Assembly (NCBI GenBank): GCA_026391455.1
Contig: JAPLEH010000041.1
Coordinates: forward strand, 39,728-103,727
From: Bacteroidota bacterium
Lineage (GTDB): Bacteria > Bacteroidota > Bacteroidia > Chitinophagales > Chitinophagaceae
Reading direction: 5' to 3'
DNA length: 64,000 bases
Of this stretch, positions 37,901 to 47,522 are shown in pieces (position 1 is the first letter of the stretch; each line of letters opens with the position of its first letter). A model generated the notes under the pieces. The model had not been told where the DNA came from, searched no databases, and worked only from the letters and a program-made list of their open reading frames with translations. A program made the position numbers and the translations under genes.

Positions 37901-38054
37901 CCTGTTTGGCCGTAACCTTTTTCTGGATGCACCGAACTACCCGCACCTGGATCCGGAACAAAATGCGCTGGGTATCAGCAATGCACAGGGACTTGAATTC
38001 AACGCCCTTCCGCAAACACGCTCAATGGGTGTTGGTCTCAGACTCAGTTTTTAA
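34920..38054 (+). CDS. SusC/RagA family TonB-linked outer membrane protein
   Basis: Signal peptide, CarbopepD_reg-like domain ([22 protein letters not shown]), TonB box/plug ([35 protein letters not shown]) and a C-terminal aromatic residue. 1044 aa. Confidence 0.95.
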   Translation: [1044 protein letters not shown]

Positions 38055-38075
38055 TTCACTTCAATTAAGATATAT

Positions 38076-39560
38076 ATGAAACTCAAGTATATTAAATTAA
38101 TCGTCCTTTCTGCGGGAATCTTCACAGTAAGTTCCTGTAAGAAACAGTTTGACATAAACGTTAGCCCGGATGCCCTGCCTGATTCCAACAGCCCGATCGA
38201 GCAATTGCTTCCTTCGGCTCAGGTAAATCTGGGTTTTGAAGGCGGAAGTGATCTCTTCCGTTTTACGACATTGATCATGCAACAGATGTCCGGCGGTGCT
38301 TCACAGCCCAACCAGACATATGAATATTACCGCCACAATATCACCGGCAGTGATTTAAATAACGTATGGAGCAGTATACATGCTACCACACTGAATGACC
38401 TGGAGCTGATCATCAAGCAGGGTGGAGCAAGCCCATACTATACCGGTATTGCCAAAATCCTGAAAGCTTACGAATATTCACTGGTAGTGGATGTATGGGG
38501 AGATGTACCTTACACGCAGGCTCAGCAGCTTACTGCTAACACCAAGCCTGCATATGATGATGATGCAACGATCTATCCCAAACTGATCCAGTTGCTGGCA
38601 GATGCGGTAAATGAGCTCAATGCTTCGTCCAGCGTACTTACACCCGGCGCCAACTCACTGATGTACACTGGCACATGGACTGCGGCAAGAGCTAACTGGA
38701 TCAAACTGGCCAATACACTGCGTCTGCGCCTGCTGCTTCACTACAGCAAGCGGGATCCGGCATTTTGTGTAGCACAGATTACAGCATTGGTAAACACTCC
38801 CAGCATACAGTTCATGGCTTCCAATGCCGACAACTTCCAGATGAGGTTTTACAATGTAGCTAATCAGCGTAATCCGATCTCTGCATTCGAAGTAAGCCGT
38901 CCAAACTACCTGTTTGCTGACACACGTATGCTTAACCTGATGGGAGCTAAAAATGATCCCCGCAGAGCTTTCTATTTTACTGATTTCCCTGTAGGTTCAG
39001 GAAACTATGTAGGTGTATCAGCTACTGCATTACCTCCTTCACCCAACAACAACTACAGCCGTATTCACACGTTCCTGCGTGGTGCGGTAGTAACTCCGGG
39101 TGTAGGTACTAACTCAGCCGTATATACCGGCGATGCGCCCCAGCGTATGCTGCCTTATGCTGAATATTGCTTTATCCGTGCGGAAGCTGCATTAATGGGT
39201 GCTCCCGGAAGTGCACAGCAGTTCTTTACCGATGGTATTACTGCTTCTATGCAGGAGGCCGGTGTACCTGCTGCAAACATCACTACCTATCTTGCTGCTA
39301 ACGGTACGTTGACCGGTACCAATGCACAGCGACTGCAACAGATCATCGAAGAAAAATACGTTGCTTTATTTGGTGTAACAGTTGAGCCCTGGAACGATTG
39401 GAGAAGAACAGGATATCCTTCACTCCCTGTTCCAACCAACTCTATCACTGGTTCTGTACCCCGGACTTTGTTCTATGCACAGTCTGAGATCGACCTGAAC
39501 CCCAACTGCCCTGGTCAAAAAGCGGCCAGTCTGCAAGACAGAGTATTCTGGGATAATTAA
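38076..39560 (+). CDS. SusD/RagB family nutrient-binding outer membrane lipoprotein
   Basis: Lipobox (TVSSC), a helical TPR-like body and a position 21 bp after susC. 494 aa. Confidence 0.9.
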   Translation: MKLKYIKLIVLSAGIFTVSSCKKQFDINVSPDALPDSNSPIEQLLPSAQVNLGFEGGSDLFRFTTLIMQQMSGGASQPNQTYEYYRHNITGSDLNNVWSSIHATTLNDLELIIKQGGASPYYTGIAKILKAYEYSLVVDVWGDVPYTQAQQLTANTKPAYDDDATIYPKLIQLLADAVNELNASSSVLTPGANSLMYTGTWTAARANWIKLANTLRLRLLLHYSKRDPAFCVAQITALVNTPSIQFMASNADNFQMRFYNVANQRNPISAFEVSRPNYLFADTRMLNLMGAKNDPRRAFYFTDFPVGSGNYVGVSATALPPSPNNNYSRIHTFLRGAVVTPGVGTNSAVYTGDAPQRMLPYAEYCFIRAEAALMGAPGSAQQFFTDGITASMQEAGVPAANITTYLAANGTLTGTNAQRLQQIIEEKYVALFGVTVEPWNDWRRTGYPSLPVPTNSITGSVPRTLFYAQSEIDLNPNCPGQKAASLQDRVFWDN

Positions 39561-39584
39561 TAGTTTCACAAACCAATTGCATAT

Positions 39585-39622
39585 AAAGAACCTCCGGTTG
39601 AAAGCCGGAGGTTCTTTTTTTT
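39585..39622 (+). terminator. Rho-independent terminator after susD-like gene
   Basis: AAAGAACCTCCGG-TTGAAAG-CCGGAGGTTCTTTTTTTT. Confidence 0.9.
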
Positions 39623-40023
39623 GTTTGCATCATTCTGTAGTTGAGCTGTTCAAAAGGCTTTTGTGAATCTGCGAAAAAACTACCACTTTGTAGCTCACAA
39701 TTACCAGACAATTAAAATAGATACAGATTAAATTAATTTTCCCGGCAACAGAAGTAGCCATTCGTTAATTATCTCCTGACAAGTGAATCTGCTATCTTTC
39801 GGTTGTAAATATTTTCAGCATGATATTGCAGCCATCCTCAATTCAATATTGAAACCAGAAACACGCTCACTATGCTGATAAGCGTGCGGGCGTTTGCAAC
39901 CCCACAAATTGGTTGTACATATCGTTACGCGTGCGTCCATCTCTGTATAATGGTATGATACTTTAACATAAAAGGCCCCTGCGGGATGCAAGAGCCTTTT
40001 GTAAATTATTTTCAGGTAATTGT

Positions 40024-41190
40024 TTACTTCAATACCGATTCCAGTTTCTTCTCCAGTTCTTCTCCTCTCAAGCCCTCTGCAATGATGCGTCCCTGCGGAT
40101 CTACCAGTACATTGAATGGTATGCCTTCAATCTTATAAGCTGCTACCACCGGGCTGTTCCAGTGTTGAAGATCACTGACCTGCGTCCAGGTAAGATTATC
40201 ATCCTTGACCGCTTGTTGCCAGGCTTCTTTATCTCCGGGCTTGTCGAATGAAACACCCAGGATCGTAAAGTTTTTATCTTTAAAACGGTTATACGCTTTT
40301 ACTACATTGGGATTTTCCATTCTGCAGGGGCGGCACCAGCTTGCCCAGAAATCCACCAGCACATACTTGCCTTTGAAGGAACTCAGGCTTACCTGTTTTC
40401 CGTTTGCATCAGGAAGATTGATCTCAGGTGCCTGTTTGCCTATCCAACCCTGCAAAGAATTCCGGATAGAAGCGAGCCCCTGGTGATCCGGAAACTTTGC
40501 AGCCGCATCATTTACAAAGCCCACCACATCTGCCTTCTCCATGGGCATCAGATTATACCCCTGATTACTGGCCGATGTCTGGTAATAACTAATAATGAAC
40601 ATGGATAAAGCTGGGTTACTGCTGTTTTTTATAGCATCATCCGATAGCTTTCTGGCTGCTGCAGAGGCGTTAAAAATATTCTCCCTTATCCCATTCAGCA
40701 CACTGTCCGGCGCTTTGGCCTGTGCCAGGCTATCACCCCGCTGACTGTTGAAGAATATCTCCTGCAACTTACCGTTAAAGGCAACCATATAATCTTTCAT
40801 CTGGCTGCTCGCTTTGGAGCCTTTCACCTCATAGCTTTCGGCAAACTGGTTATTCTCTTTACTGAAGCGGATCGTCAGTTCCACTTTTTCTGCGTCATTG
40901 ATCACAGAGGTTACCGGATATTGGTTCTGATCGAGCCGCAGGTTATACAAACGTGCTTCCGTAGTTGCGGTATGTAATTCAAATTTGCCATTCTTATCGA
41001 TGATAAAGGAATCGGCTATTGAAGGCTGCATGGAAGTCATGGGTATTTCTTCCAGGTAAATGACCTTCGACATATTATTGGTAATGGTACCGGTAACTGT
41101 AAATTTCTTTTCGGAGGTGGCCTTGTCTTTACAGGAAGATACAATCGCTGCGATGGCTACTGCTGCAAACGCTATTTTTCTCGTTATCAT
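40024..41190 (-). CDS. TlpA-family thiol:disulfide oxidoreductase lipoprotein (thioredoxin fold with an N-terminal extra domain)
   Basis: Lipobox VSSC, WASWCRPC active site and AhpC/TSA-like context. 388 aa. Confidence 0.9.
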   Translation of the reverse strand: MITRKIAFAAVAIAAIVSSCKDKATSEKKFTVTGTITNNMSKVIYLEEIPMTSMQPSIADSFIIDKNGKFELHTATTEARLYNLRLDQNQYPVTSVINDAEKVELTIRFSKENNQFAESYEVKGSKASSQMKDYMVAFNGKLQEIFFNSQRGDSLAQAKAPDSVLNGIRENIFNASAAARKLSDDAIKNSSNPALSMFIISYYQTSASNQGYNLMPMEKADVVGFVNDAAAKFPDHQGLASIRNSLQGWIGKQAPEINLPDANGKQVSLSSFKGKYVLVDFWASWCRPCRMENPNVVKAYNRFKDKNFTILGVSFDKPGDKEAWQQAVKDDNLTWTQVSDLQHWNSPVVAAYKIEGIPFNVLVDPQGRIIAEGLRGEELEKKLESVLK

Positions 41191-41202
41191 AATGGAGTTT
41201 TC

Positions 41203-42681
41203 TTATTTAGTATTCAATTTTTCCAGCAAAAGTTCATTGGTACGTTTTGGGTCGGCTTTCCCTTTCGACTGCTTCATCACTTCTCCCACAAATAATGCCA
41301 GCAATCCCTTTTTCCCTTTCCGGTATTCTTCCACCTTACCGGCAAATTTCTGCAATATCTGATCAATGATGGGTTCGATAGCCGACACATCCGATTCCTG
41401 CAGCAGATTATTTTCCTCTGCAAGTTCGAGCGCTGTCTTTTCGTTTGCAGAAAGCAGCAGCGGAAATAGTTTCGCGGAAGCGGCCGAAAAACTAATCTTC
41501 CCGGATTCTACCAGTTCAATCATTGATGCCAACCTTTCCGGTGTTATTGGAAATTCGGGTATGCCTGCGGCCTGTTCATTGAGCCAGGTTTTTACCGGAC
41601 CCAGCATCCAGTTGGCAGCGGCTTTTGCTTTGGCGGAGTTATTTTCAGTTGTTGCAGAAAAAAGTAAGGCTGTCAGTTGTTCAAAATAATCAGCGGTTTC
41701 TTTCTCTTCTGTAAGCACCGTAGCATCATACACAGGTAAACCAAATTCAGTGATATAGGTTGCTATCCGTTGCTCAGGCAAGGCAGGTATGGATTGCCGG
41801 ATACGTTCTATGAACTCATCCTGCAATTGAAAAGGAGTGAGATCGGGTTCGGGGAAATACCGGTAATCGTCTGCATCTTCTTTATCCCGGATTGCAAAAG
41901 TGGTACCCGTATTTGCATCAAAACTTCTGGTTTGCTGTATTACCGGCTGTCCATTTTCGACCAGTTCGATCAACCGTTCTGCTTCTGTTTCCACAGCTCT
42001 TTTGATATTTCGGATCGAGTTCAGGTTCTTTACTTCCACCCGGGTGCCAAGTTTAGGATCGCCTTTCTTACGCACCGAAATATTAGCATCGCAGCGAAGA
42101 CTGCCTTCCTCCATGTTGCCATCACTGATGCCGAGATAGCGTACCAATTTTCGTATTTCAGATACATAGGCAAAAGCCTCTTCAGCACTGCGCAGGTCGG
42201 GTTCTGTTACAATCTCGATGAGGGGTGTACCCGCTCTGTTATAGTCAATGCTTGTATAGGTTTCGTCTGCATCATGCAGGCTTTTCCCGGCATCTTCTTC
42301 AAGATGAATACGGCTTAGCCTTATCTTTTTTTCCCCCAAGCTAGTCTTTACAATTACAAACCCCTCTTTGCAAATCGGGGTGGTGTGCTGAGAAACTTGG
42401 TAGCCTTTCGGCAGATCCGGATAAAAATAATTTTTGCGGGCAAAATAATTGTACCGTTCAATTTCACAATGGCAGGCCAGTCCCATCCGGATCGCATACT
42501 CTACTGCAAGCCGGTTCATTTTGGGTAAAGTACCTGGATGTCCGAGTGTAATGGGGCTGATATGTGTATTAGGAGGGGCACCGAAAGCAATGCTGTCTCC
42601 GCAAAATAATTTGCTGGCAGTTTGCAGACGCACATGCACCTCCAGACCTATCACAATTTCATATTGATCAATGTTGCTCAT
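41203..42681 (-). CDS. gatB: Asp-tRNA(Asn)/Glu-tRNA(Gln) amidotransferase subunit B
   Basis: YEIVIGLEVHVRLQT, RCDANISVR and C-terminal YqeY-like domain motifs. Confidence 0.95.
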   Translation of the reverse strand: MSNIDQYEIVIGLEVHVRLQTASKLFCGDSIAFGAPPNTHISPITLGHPGTLPKMNRLAVEYAIRMGLACHCEIERYNYFARKNYFYPDLPKGYQVSQHTTPICKEGFVIVKTSLGEKKIRLSRIHLEEDAGKSLHDADETYTSIDYNRAGTPLIEIVTEPDLRSAEEAFAYVSEIRKLVRYLGISDGNMEEGSLRCDANISVRKKGDPKLGTRVEVKNLNSIRNIKRAVETEAERLIELVENGQPVIQQTRSFDANTGTTFAIRDKEDADDYRYFPEPDLTPFQLQDEFIERIRQSIPALPEQRIATYITEFGLPVYDATVLTEEKETADYFEQLTALLFSATTENNSAKAKAAANWMLGPVKTWLNEQAAGIPEFPITPERLASMIELVESGKISFSAASAKLFPLLLSANEKTALELAEENNLLQESDVSAIEPIIDQILQKFAGKVEEYRKGKKGLLALFVGEVMKQSKGKADPKRTNELLLEKLNTK

Positions 42682-42709
42682 AGTAAACGGCCAACTGGCC
42701 GGAAGTGGG

Positions 42710-42717
42710 CAAAATTA
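42710..42717 (-). promoter_or_regulatory. Candidate -7 box TAATTTTG for gatB-tlpA
   Basis: The + strand reads CAAAATTA, 29 nt upstream of the gatB ATG. Confidence 0.4.
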
Positions 42718-42769
42718 ACTCATTTGTGTCACTGCATCCTTATTTGAACGCGGAAGTCCCCAAAAAAGG

Positions 42770-42799
42770 AAAGCTCTATCCAATAATGGATAAAGCTTT
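42770..42799 (-). terminator. Rho-independent terminator of the PDZ protein gene
   Basis: On the minus strand AAAGCTTTATCCA-TTAT-TGGATAGAGCTTT is followed by CCTTTTTTGG. Confidence 0.7.
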
Positions 42800-42826
42800 A
42801 ATTACCACACACCAAAACTATTTTTG

Positions 42827-43894
42827 TCAGAGATCAGCGGTTTTGATCTTACGGGGCATTTTTACCTCAATATTTTGTGATTTTCCGGCACGGCTCACCT
42901 GAAACCGAACAACGGGATTTTCCTTTTTCTCCCTTAATAATTTAGTAATCTCATCCACACCGTTCACGGCTTTGTCGTCGATATGGGTGATGATATCCTC
43001 TTCTTTGATACCGGCTTTTGCAGCATTGCTTTCCTCATCTACTTCGATCACCTTTACGCCTTTTCCATCATCTGTGTCCTGAACAGAGAGGCCCAATTTG
43101 GGTGAACCACCACCCGACCAGTTCCAGTTTTGTCCGCCACCATTCGGCGAAATACCGCGAAACTGCTTCATGTCAGGAAAATTTTTGGGGTCTATACCAT
43201 CGAAATTCAATTTAAAATCCTTAACCGGATTAGAGCCAAACAAGCTGATTCCTTTCCATTTGGTCAGTTCGGCCTGAGCTTTTTGTTCTTTTTTATCGCG
43301 CAGGTAAGTAACGGCTACTTTATCACCGGGTTTATGTGCCTTTATCGCTTCGGAAAGGTCATCCGGCCCTTCGATCTTTTTGTCATCGATCTTCGTTATG
43401 ATATCATCCGGTTTAAGACCGATCTTTTCCGCTGCGCTCTCCTTGGTCACTTCCTGTACCAATGCTCCTTCTTCCGTTTTTTCCGTGGTAACACCCAGCA
43501 TGGCCTTATTCTCATCCACACTGTAGAACATATTATAGTCGCCGTTATTGAAATTAAACCCTGCCATGGGTTGACCGCCACGGAGGTAGGTGAGTGACTC
43601 GATATCACGGAGTTTATTCATTCTTACTGAAAGGTCTCCGTTTTTATCCTTGTATTCTTCGAGGGGCTTGCCATTGATCAATACTTTATCACCATTGATC
43701 TCTACAACCGTTTTCCCCTCTTTATCTCCCTTGCGGGTAATGACGATCTGTTGTACTTCCTTTTTTTCTTTCTCGCCTTTTTCTCCCTTCTCACCTTTTT
43801 CGGTTTTTTCTTTTTCCTGTGCGAAGAGTGCAGCAGGCGTTACGAGGGCCATAATTACGGCCAGTACAGCGGTACTTATCCTTATTCTTCTCAT
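42827..43894 (-). CDS. Secreted protein with two PDZ domains and no protease domain
   Basis: Signal peptide, the low-complexity stretch EKEKTEKGEKGEKGEKEKKE and two PDZ-like segments (GALVQEVTKESAAEKIGLKPDDIITKIDD; GVKVIEVDEESNAAKAGIKEEDIITHIDD). Confidence 0.8.
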   Translation of the reverse strand: MRRIRISTAVLAVIMALVTPAALFAQEKEKTEKGEKGEKGEKEKKEVQQIVITRKGDKEGKTVVEINGDKVLINGKPLEEYKDKNGDLSVRMNKLRDIESLTYLRGGQPMAGFNFNNGDYNMFYSVDENKAMLGVTTEKTEEGALVQEVTKESAAEKIGLKPDDIITKIDDKKIEGPDDLSEAIKAHKPGDKVAVTYLRDKKEQKAQAELTKWKGISLFGSNPVKDFKLNFDGIDPKNFPDMKQFRGISPNGGGQNWNWSGGGSPKLGLSVQDTDDGKGVKVIEVDEESNAAKAGIKEEDIITHIDDKAVNGVDEITKLLREKKENPVVRFQVSRAGKSQNIEVKMPRKIKTADL

Positions 43895-43938
43895 ACTACT
43901 TTACGATTAAAAAGTTATCTACGTTTGTTTTCGTAGTT

Positions 43939-43946
43939 CAAATATA
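43939..43946 (-). promoter_or_regulatory. Candidate -7 box TATATTTG for the PDZ protein gene
   Basis: The + strand reads CAAATATA, 45 nt upstream of the ATG. Confidence 0.35.
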
Positions 43947-44034
43947 AAGGTATTTTCTGAAATACGAAATGTTTCGGAAATGTTAAATGCCTTGACTTTG
44001 ATGAGCGGCGGCTGGAACGAAAACCGGGGCAATT

Positions 44035-44556
44035 TTACCGGATAAAAGGGTTCAGGGCTTCATAGGTTTTTGCCGGGTGATCATCTACGATTTCCTCTCC
44101 TATATATTTCATCCCTATTTTTTCCAGCACTTTTAGTGAAGCGAGGTTTTGCGGCATAGCCCTTCCCACAATCCGTTTAAGGCCCAGGGTCGCAAACCCG
44201 TACTGCAGACAGGCGTAAGCGGCTTCGGTGGCATAGCCTTTACCCCAGGTGCTTTGTTTGTACCGATACCCCAGGTCGATCTCATAGTCGCGCTCCGGCC
44301 GCGTTTTGAGCCCGCACCACCCAATAAATTCAAGTCCGGGTTTGGTATGCACCGCCCAACGCCCGTGATTATACAACGCATATTGTGGCAGGATCACATT
44401 TTCTAACACTTCCTTTGCATGTGCTTCATCCCGAATCGGGTCACCGGTATAGCGGGTTACATCCGGATCCTGGTTGAGTTCGTAAATAAGTGCAGCATCG
44501 CCGGTAGTGAATTGGCGGAGCAATAATCGTTCTGTTTCTAGTACTGTGTGTAGCAT
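44035..44556 (-). CDS. GNAT family N-acetyltransferase (RimJ/RimL-like)
   Basis: TERLLLRQFTTGD N-terminus and the acetyl-CoA motif WGKGYATEAAYACLQYGF. Confidence 0.9.
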   Translation of the reverse strand: MLHTVLETERLLLRQFTTGDAALIYELNQDPDVTRYTGDPIRDEAHAKEVLENVILPQYALYNHGRWAVHTKPGLEFIGWCGLKTRPERDYEIDLGYRYKQSTWGKGYATEAAYACLQYGFATLGLKRIVGRAMPQNLASLKVLEKIGMKYIGEEIVDDHPAKTYEALNPFIR

Positions 44557-44641
44557 ACGGTATGAATTGGCAACAGGCGATGATGATTAATTGAATGAAA
44601 ATCCTGAATTTTGCGGCTCCTTTAAACCTCTGACTTTCTTT

Positions 44642-44782
44642 ATGGTATATATTATATCCGGCTTTATTATGGTTCTCTGTATTGCCGTTATCATTTTCAG
44701 CCTGCGTGTATATAAAGAAAACCGCGAAATGAAAGCGGAGCTCAAGAAAAAGGAAAGGGATCAGGACCGGGTGATCTTTTGA
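44642..44782 (+). CDS. Possible small single-pass membrane protein (46 aa)
   Basis: MVYIISGFIMVLCIAVIIFSLRVY followed by the charged tail KENREMKAELKKKERDQDRVIF. It fills the gap between the GNAT and alaS genes. No homology evidence is available. Confidence 0.3.
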   Translation: MVYIISGFIMVLCIAVIIFSLRVYKENREMKAELKKKERDQDRVIF

Positions 44783-44786
44783 CCCA

Positions 44787-47423
44787 TTACAACATTTTCC
44801 GCACTGCCTCAATCACTTCTTTTAATTTACCAGCATCCTGACCACCGGCTGTAGCCAGTGTTTTTTGTCCGCCTCCGCCGCCTTTGATCAGAGGTGCAAC
44901 GGTTTCTTTGATGATCTTACCCGCATCCAGGTTTTTTGCCTTTACTACCGTTTCAGACAAACCTACCGCCACAAATGGTTTTCCGCCCAGGTTTACACAG
45001 AGTACCACTACATGATCACGCAAATGATTTTTCAGATCAAAACATAGTTTTTTCAATGCATCGGCATTTCCCACCTCAATGATATCACCAATAAAATTTA
45101 CTCCGTTGATGATCTCATCTTTTTGAAGCAATTCATTGCGGATACCCACGAGCTGACGGGCTTCCATGGCTTCCGCATGCTTTTTCAATTCTGTATTTTC
45201 AGCCTGCAGGTTTTCGATGGCCTTTTGGAGGTCTTTCGGATTTTTTAATGTGCTTCCCAGTTTTTCCAAAATTTCAAACTGTGTATTGACATACTCCTCT
45301 GCATCCTTTCCGCATACCGCTTCCACTCTACGCACGCCTGCCTGTACTGCTGATTCACTGGTAAGTTTGAACAGGCCCATCTCACCGGTAGCGCCCACAT
45401 GGGTACCACCGCATAATTCCACCGAGTATGCAGGATCAATGATCACCACTCGGACCAGATCGCCATACTTTTCACCAAAAAGTGCCATGGCACCCATTTC
45501 CACTGCATCGTCTTTCCTCATTTCTTTGATCACTACCGGAATATTCTCCCTGATCTTTTCGTTCACGAGGGTTTCCACGGCTGCCATTTCTTCTGCGCTC
45601 AGTTTGGAAAAATGCGAAAAGTCGAACCGGAGATGTTTTTCATTGACCAATGATCCTTTTTGTGCCACATGTGTACCCAATACTTTGCGAAGGGCCGCAT
45701 GCATGAGGTGTGTGGCGGAGTGGTGGAGCGTGATCCTTTTACGGGTGCCCGCATTCACCGTAGCAGTTACGATACCAGACATTTCCTCTGGTATGGATTC
45801 CGTAAAATGTATGATCAGGTCGTTGTCCTTCTTTGTATCGATAACTGGGAAAGATTCATGATCTATTGTAAGGGTACCGCGGTCTCCCACTTGTCCGCCA
45901 CTCTCTGCATAGAATGGTGTTTTTTTCAATACCCACTGGTATACTTCTTTCTCATTTGTTTTTACCTTCCGGAATTTCAGCACCGAAGTGGTGGTTTCCA
46001 GTGACTCATATCCTACAAACTGGTTGGACCCCTCTTCAAGTACCACCCAATCACCTGCATCAATGGCTCCTGCTTCACGGCTGCGTATCTTTTGCTTATC
46101 TAATTCCACATCAAAAACAGGCTTATCTACGGTCCATCCTTTTTCAGCCGCTATTAATTGGGTAAGATCAATGGGAAAGCCATACGTATCATTCAGCTCA
46201 AACGCAAAAACACCGGATACTTCTTTTTTAGCCATGGCCTCCGGAGATTGACCTGCTTCTTTAAAATAATTATCGAAGCGTTTGAGTCCCGCCTCCAGCG
46301 TGCGGAGAAATGCATCTTCTTCTTCCTTCACTACTTTTCCTACAAAGTCCACTTGCTTTTGCAGTTCGGGAAATACATTTTCAAATTGTTTTGCCAGCAC
46401 AGGCACCAGTTGCGCAAGTAAAGGTCTTTTATAATCGAGGTAGGAATAATAATAACGCACCGCCCTGCGCAGGATGCGCCGGATGACATAGCCCGCCTTG
46501 TTGTTGGAAGGCAACTGTCCGTCAGCGATTGTAAAGCTGATGGCCCGGATATGATCAGCAATTACCCGGAAGGCGATCGCTTCTTTGGAATCGCTGCGGT
46601 CGTATTTTTTTCCGGTGATCTTTTCTGTTGCTTCAATGGTTCCGCTGAATATATCTGTATCGTAATTGGATGTTTTGCCCTGTAATACTCTTACGAGCCG
46701 CTCCAATCCCATACCGGTATCCACATGCGTGGAAGGTAAAGGCTCGAGTGTACCATCCTTCTTTCGGTTAAACTGAATAAATACATTATTCCAAATCTCG
46801 ATCACCTGCGGATTGTCTTTATTGACCAGCAAATGACCGGGTATTTGCTTCCGTTCTTCATCGGGCCGGCAATCTACATGTATCTCGCTGCAGGGGCCGC
46901 AGGGACCAGTATCGCCCATTTCCCAGAAATTATCTTTCTTATTACCATATACAATTTGCTGTTCGGGCAAAAACTCCTTCCATTTTTCAAGAGCAATTTT
47001 AGATGAGGGAATGCCTTCCTTTTCATCTCCTTCAAATACGGTGGCATAGAGCCGGTCTTTCGGAATTTTATAAACTTCCGTCAGTAATTCCCAGCTCCAG
47101 CTAATGGCTTCTTTTTTGAAATAATCACCGAAGCTCCAGTTACCCAGCATTTCAAACATGGTATGATGATAGGTATCCACCCCCACTTCTTCCAGATCGT
47201 TGTGCTTTCCGCTTACCCGCAGGCATTTTTGGGTGTCGGCCACCCGGCCATAGGGGGGCAGTTTATTTCCCAGGAAATAATCTTTGAACTGGTTCATCCC
47301 CGCATTGGTAAACATGAGGGTGGGGTCATTTTTCACCACAATGGGGGCAGAAGGCACAATGGTATGTCCCTTGGAGCTGAAAAAGTCCATAAATGCCTGC
47401 CTTATTTCATTCGAAGTCATCAT
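44787..47423 (-). CDS. alaS: Alanine--tRNA ligase
   Basis: FTNAGMNQFKD, HHTMFEMLGNWSFGDYFK, editing-domain HHSATHLMH / CGGTHV and a C-terminal DHHA1-like tail. 878 aa. Confidence 0.97.
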   Translation of the reverse strand: MMTSNEIRQAFMDFFSSKGHTIVPSAPIVVKNDPTLMFTNAGMNQFKDYFLGNKLPPYGRVADTQKCLRVSGKHNDLEEVGVDTYHHTMFEMLGNWSFGDYFKKEAISWSWELLTEVYKIPKDRLYATVFEGDEKEGIPSSKIALEKWKEFLPEQQIVYGNKKDNFWEMGDTGPCGPCSEIHVDCRPDEERKQIPGHLLVNKDNPQVIEIWNNVFIQFNRKKDGTLEPLPSTHVDTGMGLERLVRVLQGKTSNYDTDIFSGTIEATEKITGKKYDRSDSKEAIAFRVIADHIRAISFTIADGQLPSNNKAGYVIRRILRRAVRYYYSYLDYKRPLLAQLVPVLAKQFENVFPELQKQVDFVGKVVKEEEDAFLRTLEAGLKRFDNYFKEAGQSPEAMAKKEVSGVFAFELNDTYGFPIDLTQLIAAEKGWTVDKPVFDVELDKQKIRSREAGAIDAGDWVVLEEGSNQFVGYESLETTTSVLKFRKVKTNEKEVYQWVLKKTPFYAESGGQVGDRGTLTIDHESFPVIDTKKDNDLIIHFTESIPEEMSGIVTATVNAGTRKRITLHHSATHLMHAALRKVLGTHVAQKGSLVNEKHLRFDFSHFSKLSAEEMAAVETLVNEKIRENIPVVIKEMRKDDAVEMGAMALFGEKYGDLVRVVIIDPAYSVELCGGTHVGATGEMGLFKLTSESAVQAGVRRVEAVCGKDAEEYVNTQFEILEKLGSTLKNPKDLQKAIENLQAENTELKKHAEAMEARQLVGIRNELLQKDEIINGVNFIGDIIEVGNADALKKLCFDLKNHLRDHVVVLCVNLGGKPFVAVGLSETVVKAKNLDAGKIIKETVAPLIKGGGGGQKTLATAGGQDAGKLKEVIEAVRKML

Positions 47424-47491
47424 ATCGTTGAATTTTTCCCAAAAGGCCGGAGCTTTTACCGGTCAAATGCCGAAAAGGCCCCGCTGTTGGG

Positions 47492-47522
47492 TTGATTTTT
47501 GCTGTTTTACGGGCTATATTTG
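47492..47522 (+). promoter_or_regulatory. Candidate Bacteroidota promoter (-33 TTG, 20-nt spacer, -7 TATATTTG)
   Basis: TTG at 47492-47494 and TATATTTG at 47515-47522. This would give a hairpin-rich leader of about 128 nt before the M23 peptidase ATG. Confidence 0.45.
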
